Shown: positions 17,790 to 24,673 of the stretch, piece after piece
Layout: each line of letters starts with the position of its first letter
Position numbering within the stretch: the first letter of the stretch is position 1
Assembly (NCBI GenBank): GCA_044344255.1
Contig: JBIJDH010000049.1
Span: 1-24,673 of the forward strand
Length of the DNA: 24,673 bases
Origin: Myxococcota bacterium
GTDB taxonomy: Bacteria; Myxococcota_A; UBA796; UBA2385
Reading direction: 5' to 3'
Notes under the pieces: model-generated
Databases searched by the model: none
What the model saw: the letters and a program-made list of their open reading frames with translations, nothing else
What the model was told of the DNA's origin: nothing
Position numbers and translations under genes: made by a program

Positions 17790-19682
17790 ATGCGCGAAAC
17801 GATGAAGCTGGTTTTCCTGGGCCTATGCGTGTGCGCGGGAGCAGCATCCTGGGCGCGCGGTCGGAAGGACGAGGCGGAGGATGCGGCGCGTGCAGCGACC
17901 GACCGTGGCCCCGCGGCGAGCGCCTCGGAGATCCCCGCCCTGGCGAACCTGTTGGCGAAGGCCGGCTGGACGCCCACGCCGGAGCTGTCCGGGGTGTTCA
18001 AGGCAGGGAGCATCTTCGAGACGACGGCGATCGGGCACCGCCCCCTGGCAGACAACTGCATCGCTGCGGTCCCTCGTGAGAGCACCTACACTGCGGCCGA
18101 GATCGTTTCGTCGCTACAGGCGGGCGTGTCGGTGGGCGGGCCGTTGGCGAGCGGGGGCGCCTACGCAGGCATCGTAAAGAAGGTGAAGTTCGGCACGCCC
18201 ACCCAGGTCTCGATTCCGGGGATGGATCTCGAGCTTTCGAAGTCCTGCGAGGAGAAGCTGAAGAAGCTGCCGATGAGCCGCATCCAGTCCTCCTACGTGG
18301 TTCAAGAGGTGCTGAAGGCGGAGATCTCAGAGCAGACCTGCGGGAAAGTAGACGCCCGCGGCAGCTTCGTGGGGCTGGGCTCCGCGGAGGCGGAGTACGC
18401 GGCGGCCTGCGCGCAGTCCTCTCTGGAGCCGGTGGCGGTGGGGTACCGGACGGTCCCCCTGGCGGAGCTGCTCCACCTGAACATCGCGGAGAGCGGGCCG
18501 GTGAAGAGCGCCGGCGCCTCCGGGGGGAGCAGCGTGTCGGGCGGAGGCTTCGACGCCAGCGGGACGCTCGCGCAGATCCAAGCGGCGAAAGACCTCGAGC
18601 TTCGCATGAACGGCGAGATGGACGCCTGCCTCGACACGGAGGAGCGAAAGCTGGTCGCTCAGGCGAGCGTGGACGCCTCCGGCCTCGCCCCCCTCTTGAA
18701 GGAGACGAGCGCGACGGCGAAGGAGCTGGGGGGACCGCAGGTGAAGCGATACATCGACCTCTACGGGTCGGCCGAGGTGAAGTGTACGAACGACCTCGGT
18801 GAACGTCGGCGCTCGGTGAGCGTATCGGCGCTGGACGGGATGCGGGCCTGGCTGGCGGCCCCGGCGAGCGGAGGGGCGGTGGCCGGCGGGACTTGGACGG
18901 GCCCGAGCGGCTACACGATGATGGCGGTACCCGCGGGGACCTACGAGGTGGGCTGCACTGTGAGCCAGACGCGCTGCGACGCGGACGAGAAACCGGCGCA
19001 CATGGTGAAGCTCAGCCGAGGCACCCTGATTGGCAAGACGGAGGTGACGCAGGAGCTTTGGCAGAGCGTGATGGGTAGCAACCCGTCGATGTTCACATCC
19101 TGCGGCCCAACCTGCCCAGTGGAGCGGGTGAGCTGGGTAGACGCCGTTAAATTCGCGAACGCGTTGTCGAAGCGGGACGGTCTCGAGTCCTGCTACACGA
19201 TCAGCGAGCCCAGCGGAACGAACTTCCGGACTGGCGAGCCAAACAGGTATGTTCATGAGGACAACGTGAGCTGGCCACAGAGCCTGAACTGCACGGGCTA
19301 CCGCCTGCCAACGGAAGCAGAGTGGGAGGTGGCGGCGCGGGGCGGTCGAGACACCCCCTACGCCGGCGGAAGCGAGCTGGGTGCACTGGCCTGGACCAGC
19401 GAGAACAGCAAAAGCAGCACGCACCCGGTGGGGCTGAAGGTGGCCAATGGCTTCGGCCTCCACGACATGACCGGGAACGTGTGGGAGTGGACATGGGACG
19501 GATATAGCGTCTACAGCATCGGCACCCAGGTAGACCCGCAGGGCGCCAGCGGTTCCGAGCGGGTCCAACGCGGCGGCAGTTGGCGCTATTCAGCCTCCGG
19601 CGCTTGGGTCGCCGGCCGTACCACAGCCGTCCCGGTCTGGCGCGGCGACCTCGGCGTTCGGCTCGCCAGGACGATTCCTTGA
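17790..19682 (+). CDS. Secreted FGE-sulfatase (SUMF1-type) domain protein with a beta-rich, gasdermin-like N-terminal domain
   Basis: Signal peptide MKLVFLGLCVCAGAASWA. C-domain motifs VPAGTYEVG, DEKPAH, KTEVTQELW, PVERVSWVDA, YRLPTEAEWEVAARGG, NGFGLHDMTGNVWEW, RVQRGGSW, GVRLAR. The FGE call is firm; the N-domain call is an inference. Confidence 0.9.
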   Translation: MRETMKLVFLGLCVCAGAASWARGRKDEAEDAARAATDRGPAASASEIPALANLLAKAGWTPTPELSGVFKAGSIFETTAIGHRPLADNCIAAVPRESTYTAAEIVSSLQAGVSVGGPLASGGAYAGIVKKVKFGTPTQVSIPGMDLELSKSCEEKLKKLPMSRIQSSYVVQEVLKAEISEQTCGKVDARGSFVGLGSAEAEYAAACAQSSLEPVAVGYRTVPLAELLHLNIAESGPVKSAGASGGSSVSGGGFDASGTLAQIQAAKDLELRMNGEMDACLDTEERKLVAQASVDASGLAPLLKETSATAKELGGPQVKRYIDLYGSAEVKCTNDLGERRRSVSVSALDGMRAWLAAPASGGAVAGGTWTGPSGYTMMAVPAGTYEVGCTVSQTRCDADEKPAHMVKLSRGTLIGKTEVTQELWQSVMGSNPSMFTSCGPTCPVERVSWVDAVKFANALSKRDGLESCYTISEPSGTNFRTGEPNRYVHEDNVSWPQSLNCTGYRLPTEAEWEVAARGGRDTPYAGGSELGALAWTSENSKSSTHPVGLKVANGFGLHDMTGNVWEWTWDGYSVYSIGTQVDPQGASGSERVQRGGSWRYSASGAWVAGRTTAVPVWRGDLGVRLARTIP

Positions 19683-19909
19683 TCCCCTGATCCTTCGGCC
19701 CGCATCTCAACCGAGCCACGGGAGGCAGGCATGGGCATGGGCATCGCCGCTGAGGCAGCCTCCGGCGCACCGCCGGGGCCGGACGCAGGCGGTAGCCAGG
19801 CGGCCGGACGCGGCGGGGAGCAGGGGGCGGGATGTAGCCACCGCCGAGGACGCACCACCCGCCAAGCGAGCAGCGCGGACAACCTCCGACGCCGGCCTTC
19901 GATTCCCTC

Positions 19910-20202
19910 CTGGGCGCCTCAGCAACGAGGTCGACGTGTGCCGCCTGGAGGCCTCCGAGCCCTTCCGCGAGGTGGACGCCTGGGAGGAGCCCATCCGCCT
20001 CTGGACCGCCCGCCAGACCGGGCCCTTCACCGTCGCCGATGTCCTGCACGCGGCGCTGGGGAAGGATACGGCCTACCAGGAGCGCAAGGACACCATGCGC
20101 GTCGCCTCCATCCACGCCCACCTGGGCTACGAGAAGCGGCGGGTCCGGCACGGGGAGGCCCGCGCCATGCACTGGAGTCGGCCCGACGCCGCGTCCACCT
20201 GA
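19910..20202 (+). pseudogene. 3' fragment of a second VirE/VapE gene
   Basis: FREVDAWEEPIRLW..PFTVADVL..LGK..RKDTMRVASI..LGYEKRRVR aligns with FREVDAWEDPVASW..PFSVADVL..LGK..RRDSMRVAGI..LGFEKRRVR at the end of 16190-17422. The ATPase core is absent. The start coordinate is approximate. Confidence 0.9.
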
Positions 20203-20204
20203 GC

Positions 20205-20457
20205 GGCCACACCTCGGCCACACCTCGGCCACACCTGGGGGTCAGCGAGAACATGCACCCGCTCGGCGTTGTCCACACCGGCCACACCGGCCACACCTGT
20301 TTCCCCAACATTCTCCCGCGCTCCCGCCCCCCCCGGGTAAATGTCTGAGAATTAGGTATGGCCGGTGTGGCCACCCAGGGGAAGTAAACTCCGAGGCCGA
20401 CTATTCGTGACCACACCTCGGGGGGGAGGTGTGGCCACGGTATGGCCCGGCGTGGCC
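20205..20457. repeat. Iteron array, putative replication origin 2 (GGCCACACC variant)
   Basis: Forward copies at 20205, 20216, 20227, 20271, 20280, 20289, 20409. Reverse copies at 20355, 20364, 20428, 20439, 20449. Follows the VirE fragment. Confidence 0.8.
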
Positions 20458-20502
20458 AGACCCCGTCCGCACAACGCCCTCCGGGGGCTCAGGTTCCTCC
20501 GG

Positions 20503-20531
20503 TTGAGTCGAGCCCCCCACCGGAGTAGGCT
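20503..20531 (+). promoter_or_regulatory. Second copy of the cargo promoter
   Basis: TTGAGT-N17-TAGGCT. Confidence 0.55.
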
Positions 20532-20552
20532 CCCGGCTTGTTGAGGTCGACG

Positions 20553-20783
20553 ATGCGCGGAACGATGAAGCTGGCTTTCCTGGGCGTATGCGTGTGCGCG
20601 GGAGCCGCATCCTGGGCCCGCGGCCGAAGAGACGAGGCCGTGGACGCCGCGCGGGCCGCGACCGACCGTGGACCGGCGGCGAGCGCGTCTGAGATCCCCG
20701 CGCCGGCGAACCTGTTGGCGAAGGCCGGCTGGACGCCCACGCCGGAGCTCTCCGGTGTGTTCGAGGCGGGTAGAATCTTCGAG
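20553..20783 (+). pseudogene. Truncated paralog of the 17790 gene (first 77 codons)
   Basis: MRGTMKLAFLGVCVCAGAASWARG...NLLAKAGWTPTPELSGVFEAGRIFE closely matches 17790-18020; similarity stops abruptly at 20783. Confidence 0.92.
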
Positions 20784-21206
20784 TACACCAGCCTCGCCTT
20801 CACCGCCCGGCACAAGGCCATCAACGTTCCCACCTCCATGGACGCGGTGGGCGACGGCTACGACAATGCCATTGCAGAGAGCTTCTTCACGACCCTCGAG
20901 TGCGAACTCCTGGACTTTGTAGGCACGTTCAGCACCCACAACGACGCCCGCGAGCAGGTCTTCTCCTTCCCGGAGGGCTTCTACAACAACCACCGCCTCC
21001 ACAGTCGGCTCGGGAAGCGGTCACCCGCCGAGTTTGAGCGGAACGCGGAACGGTTCACGACCCATGCACAACTTCCATAGCTTCATCCATATTGTGTTAG
21101 TCTCCCCCATGGCCCCCCCCTCGGCCCACACCTCCTCGGTGAGGCCTTCAGATGCGGGATTGACGGCGACGCGATGAGTATATGTCTGTCAATTCGGGGC
21201 AAGCTC
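20784..21206 (+). mobile_element. IS3-family remnant: 3' part of the DDE transposase (to 21080) and a possible degenerate right end
   Basis: YTSLAF..SM..VGDGYDNAIAESFFTTLECE..FYNNHRLHSRLGKRSPAEFE. TGTCTGTCAATTCGGGGCAAGCTC at 21183-21206 resembles an IS3 right inverted repeat (weak). Confidence 0.85.
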
Positions 21207-21256
21207 GTTCCATCCGTCCTATTCACTTTCCGGATTCCACAATACTATCAGCGCCC

Positions 21257-24200
21257 ATGCCTCCCACTATCGTAGAACGCCTTCGCATCTTGGAATCCGA
21301 CGCTCGCCGCTTCGGATACTCCGATCAGGCCGATCGCCTCGCGCAGCGTGTCCGGGACGCCGCCGAACCGCTTCTCGTCATGGTCGTCGGCGAGGGAAAC
21401 GTCGGAAAGTCGACCTTGGTGAACGCGCTTGTGGGGAAGGCCGTCGCGCCCGTGAGTCGCCTCCCGAAAACCTGGAAGGTGGACCTCTTCCAGACAGGAA
21501 GGCCTCCGCGGGCGGAGCTTCACTGGCGTAGCCGACCGGATCGGCCCGATCCGATGTCAATCGAGCGCGCGCGCGAGGTGGCGGACGCGGAAGAAGCCCG
21601 CCTGAATTCGGTTGGCTCGAGCCGCTCCGATCTCTATCAGGTGCGTTGGATTGTGGACGCCCCCTGGCCTTCGACGGGCGTGGCGCTCGTGGACACCCCG
21701 GGCATCGCGCAGCTCCGCGCCGACGTGTCCGTCCGCGCGACAAAGCTGCACGGGGCCGAGGGCTTCGAGGTGCAGGCAGAGGACCCGTTTCTATTCTGGT
21801 ACACCCGCGCAGACAGCGTACTCTGGTGCGTCAACGCAACCAAGCTCGCCGACGAGGACGCCCGTGCCGCACTGGAGGCGACCGCACACCTGCGGCGGCG
21901 CATCCTGGGCGTGGTGACGCGCATGGACCTCGTCCCGCGAGAACGGTGGCCCGAGATCCTCGTGGAAGCGAACCGCCAGTTCGGACAGTGGATCCCAGAT
22001 TTTGTCCCCGTGAGCGCTGCGGGGCGGGACTCGGCAGCGACCGCCGACACAATACCGGCGCTCCGCGCGCGGCTGGAGGCGGAGGTCACCGGCGCCGCCG
22101 CGAAGCTGAAGGAAAGTGCGAACAAGGGGTTCTACGAGCGTGAGCGCGCCGCCTTCCTCACGGCGACCCGCGCGGTTGCCGAAGCGTGGCGGGCGAACGA
22201 TGAGGGCCTGACCAGTGCCAACGCAGGCATCGCCGCCGCGGGGCTTGCGGCGGAGCAGGTAGTCGAGGCTGCGTTGTGCATCTCGTTCTGCGAGGCGCGG
22301 AAGGCGGCGATTGGGCGACTGCAGGCGCTCTGGGCGCAGAGCGGCGCGGATCCCGCGAGATTTGGGGACCTAGTGAGCGCGCAGGCGATCGACGAGGCAG
22401 CCCTCGGGAGCGCTGTTCAGGCACAACTTGCGGCTGCGGCGGCCTCGCTTGAGCAGGGGATCCGCCGGAATCTCCACGACCTGTCGTGGCGCGCGGTGCG
22501 CGTGGGAACGAGCGGAACAGAGGTGGCCGCGCGGCCGGCACAGGTGAGCTGGGTGCAGATCTCACGTGCGCAGGTACAAGGCAAGGTGAAGGTGGACATC
22601 CGTGGAAATGAGGCCGATGGGCTTGCCGTTGGTGTCGGCGGCGCCGCCGCGCTCGTCGGCATGGCAGTCCTCGGGCCGATCGGAATCGCAGCGGGGGTCA
22701 TCGGGTGGTTCGCGCGCGACCACTTCCAGGAGGGGGAGGCGAAGGCGAAAGGCGCAATCGAGGATCACCTGCACAGAGCCGAGATCGGCGTCCGGAACGC
22801 GGCGAAGTCGCAACTCACGCGGGCAGTGAGGGAGGCACAGGCCGCTATCGCAAGCTCCTTTGAGCGCTGGCACGGTGGGCCCGCCACCGCACTGCTCGGC
22901 GTGCTCCAGAAGGTGGACGCCGCTTGGGAGCGGCAGGAGGTCGATGATGGCCTGGACCTCCGCCCCGTCTCGCACTGGGCGGATGGCATCGGGCTCAGCG
23001 GGCTGGGCAGCGCGTGGCACGTGGTCCAGCACCTCAAGCAGCACCCTCGGGACACACCGGCGCTGGTGAGTGAGGTTGAGGCGCGCTGGCGCGAGGCATT
23101 CGACCGCGCGTTCGTCGCGAGTGTGCAGAGGACCCTCCCACCCGTGGCGCGTGCGGATCTTCGCGCGCAGTTGACGCATCGGCTCTTCGGCGCCATCCTC
23201 AGAGAGGCCAGCGAGCCAGCTACCCCTGTCTTCGCCCGCGCGCGAATGGAAGGGCTGATCGGACTCCCCGGCCCACTCCGATCACGCCTCCCCAAGGCCG
23301 CGGTTCTGTTGGAGGAGGTCCCCGACTCCGTCCGGCTCCCGCTCGAGCGGCTCGCCGGCCTCGCCGGCCACCGGAGAGCGAGCGTGGCGACCGAGTTCGA
23401 CGGCCGCGTCAAAGACTGGAAGCCGGCTGCGTCCGCGTTGCCCGTCCCGGCACTCGATCTGGCGGCGGGCTCCCCCCTGGCGTTTGGATTGGGGATGCTG
23501 CTCGCGGCGTTCTCGGGGGCTATCGCCACGGTCGCATGGGGGACAGTCTACGCGTGGACTGCGGTCGCGCCTGTGGCCCTCGGAGGGCTGCTCGTGTGGG
23601 CGACGGGTGCCGACGTGCTTCGGATGGCCCTTCGACTGCGTCACCCCCTTGCCTGGCAGGCCGCAGACTCGACGGTCGAGGGCTGGCTCCGAGTCGCATT
23701 CGCCGATCCTGTGCTCCGAAAGGGGCCATTCGGCACCGCGGAGCCCGCCGTTCTCGACCTCTCTCCGCTCGACGAGCCGCTCCCGCTTCCACCCCACGCG
23801 GTCCCCGCGAACGCCGCCCGTCGCTTGCTCTTACCGGGTGCGCTGGCCCTCATTACCGCTCTACTGGCGCTGGGCGCGGCGAAAGCGGGCGTCGGCTTCC
23901 GTCCGGAGTTCCTGGGACATCTCTGCGACAGTGGTGACGCCAAGGCATGCGTCGCCGTGTGTCAGGTCGGGTCCGATGCGGCGGTGTGTGCGGACGCCGC
24001 GACCTCGCTCGCCCGCTACTCCGGCATGGAAGACACTGTCCTGTCACTACTGGACACGGCCTGTAATCGCGGGGACGCTGCAGTTTGCTTGCACCTCGCC
24101 TGGGCACGCCGCCCGGGTGGCGCGTCGATTCCTGCTGCCGATCAATTGCCTTGGCTGGCGACCACCTCCTTCTCCCCGGACGCCAATGCCTCTGCGGCGG

Positions 24201-24673
24201 CCGCGAAGGCAGCATGCTCGCTCGGGGAACGCCGCGCTTGTGTGCTGGGGCTCGAGGATCTCGACATAGCGACCTGGCCGGAACTCACAGAGGAGCAGCG
24301 GGCATTTGTCGCCGCCGAGTGCGCCGCCGGCGTCGTCGCCGCTTGCGCGATCCAGGCCCTTGCGTCGATGGCCGGCCATCTTGATTTCCGAGGGACTGAA
24401 GTGCGGTCGCGCCTGCAAACCGCCTGCTTGGGCGATGCGAAGAATCCGGCGATACCGCGGTTCTGCCGCGACGCAGCCCTTGCGCACCTTGACCGAGACC
24501 TCGGACGCATCGACGCACTCGCGGCGCTCACACTGTTCGATGCCGCGTATCCACGCGGTCATCGCATCTCCCGCCGCGGCCGTCACCGGGTGACGGAGCG
24601 TTTACCCGGGGAGAGCCCCTTCTCGGGCGAGGCGCCAGCCGAGCGGGGTGAGGAGATGGAGGCGGTTGACGGG
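21257..24673 (+). CDS. Dynamin-like GTPase fused to TM helices and Cys-rich Sel1/Hcp-like repeats; 3'-truncated by the window edge (at least 1139 aa)
   Basis: Not in the ORF track. Manual translation from ATG 21257: MPPTIVERL...LLVMVVGEGNVGKSTLVNALVG (G1), PKT (G2), LVDTPG (G3), VVTRMD (G4), VPVSA. Gly-rich hydrophobic hairpin at about 22620-22715, TMs at about 23480-23610 and 23825-23885, Cys repeats after 23920. No stop before the window end. Confidence 0.88.
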   Translation, partial: MPPTIVERLRILESDARRFGYSDQADRLAQRVRDAAEPLLVMVVGEGNVGKSTLVNALVGKAVAPVSRLPKTWKVDLFQTGRPPRAELHWRSRPDRPDPMSIERAREVADAEEARLNSVGSSRSDLYQVRWIVDAPWPSTGVALVDTPGIAQLRADVSVRATKLHGAEGFEVQAEDPFLFWYTRADSVLWCVNATKLADEDARAALEATAHLRRRILGVVTRMDLVPRERWPEILVEANRQFGQWIPDFVPVSAAGRDSAATADTIPALRARLEAEVTGAAAKLKESANKGFYERERAAFLTATRAVAEAWRANDEGLTSANAGIAAAGLAAEQVVEAALCISFCEARKAAIGRLQALWAQSGADPARFGDLVSAQAIDEAALGSAVQAQLAAAAASLEQGIRRNLHDLSWRAVRVGTSGTEVAARPAQVSWVQISRAQVQGKVKVDIRGNEADGLAVGVGGAAALVGMAVLGPIGIAAGVIGWFARDHFQEGEAKAKGAIEDHLHRAEIGVRNAAKSQLTRAVREAQAAIASSFERWHGGPATALLGVLQKVDAAWERQEVDDGLDLRPVSHWADGIGLSGLGSAWHVVQHLKQHPRDTPALVSEVEARWREAFDRAFVASVQRTLPPVARADLRAQLTHRLFGAILREASEPATPVFARARMEGLIGLPGPLRSRLPKAAVLLEEVPDSVRLPLERLAGLAGHRRASVATEFDGRVKDWKPAASALPVPALDLAAGSPLAFGLGMLLAAFSGAIATVAWGTVYAWTAVAPVALGGLLVWATGADVLRMALRLRHPLAWQAADSTVEGWLRVAFADPVLRKGPFGTAEPAVLDLSPLDEPLPLPPHAVPANAARRLLLPGALALITALLALGAAKAGVGFRPEFLGHLCDSGDAKACVAVCQVGSDAAVCADAATSLARYSGMEDTVLSLLDTACNRGDAAVCLHLAWARRPGGASIPAADQLPWLATTSFSPDANASAAAAKAACSLGERRACVLGLEDLDIATWPELTEEQRAFVAAECAAGVVAACAIQALASMAGHLDFRGTEVRSRLQTACLGDAKNPAIPRFCRDAALAHLDRDLGRIDALAALTLFDAAYPRGHRISRRGRHRVTERLPGESPFSGEAPAERGEEMEAVDG

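Larger units (their letters stand above)
9157..19682. mobile_element. Integrative phage-satellite/PICI-like element (serine integrase, regulators, primase, VirE helicase, origin, cargo); right boundary not in view
   Basis: Gene order and content; no capsid, terminase, tail or conjugation genes recognised in the window. Confidence 0.75.

Noticed and set aside
19550..19682. DGR variable region at the FGE-domain C-terminus
   Set aside because: The fold is a common DGR target, but I see no template repeat and no reverse transcriptase in the window. A remote DGR cannot be excluded.
17435..20457. CRISPR array
   Set aside because: The repeats are 9-11 bp, occur in both orientations and lack regular unique spacers; no cas genes are present.
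21222..21248. Promoter TTCACT..TACTAT for the dynamin-like gene
   Set aside because: The spacer is only 15 bp. A leaderless transcript is possible but not supportable from sequence alone.
21248..24593. Numerous short ORFs listed in the track
   Set aside because: All overlap one continuous plus-strand frame from 21257 that carries clear GTPase motifs.

Overview
High-GC accessory region, probably a tandem genomic island, with three parts. (1) 1-8639, minus strand: a translationally coupled six-gene defence operon of TerY-type vWA, PP2C-like phosphatase, Ser/Thr kinase, UPF1-like SF1 helicase, wHTH+HEPN effector and a long coiled-coil protein that runs off the left edge. The layout matches TerY-P-associated CoCoNuT (type IV restriction-like) systems. 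(2) About 9157-17700: an integrative, phage-satellite-like element. It has a large serine recombinase whose C-terminus reads across a tRNA-3'-end-like att core, two divergent genes (one frameshifted, one wHTH), BRO-N, an apparently catalytically dead AEP primase paralog, an intact AEP primase, a VirE/VapE ATPase and a mirror-symmetric 12-iteron origin. (3) 17740-24673, cargo: a secreted protein with a gasdermin-like N-domain fused to an FGE-sulfatase domain, a diverged relic copy of [VirE 3' end - origin - promoter - cargo 5' end] joined to an IS3 remnant, and a dynamin-like GTPase of at least 1139 aa with TM helices and Cys-rich Sel1/Hcp-like repeats. The dynamin-like and coiled-coil ORFs are absent from the ORF track because they run off the window. 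All family calls come from motif recognition by eye; no searches were run.
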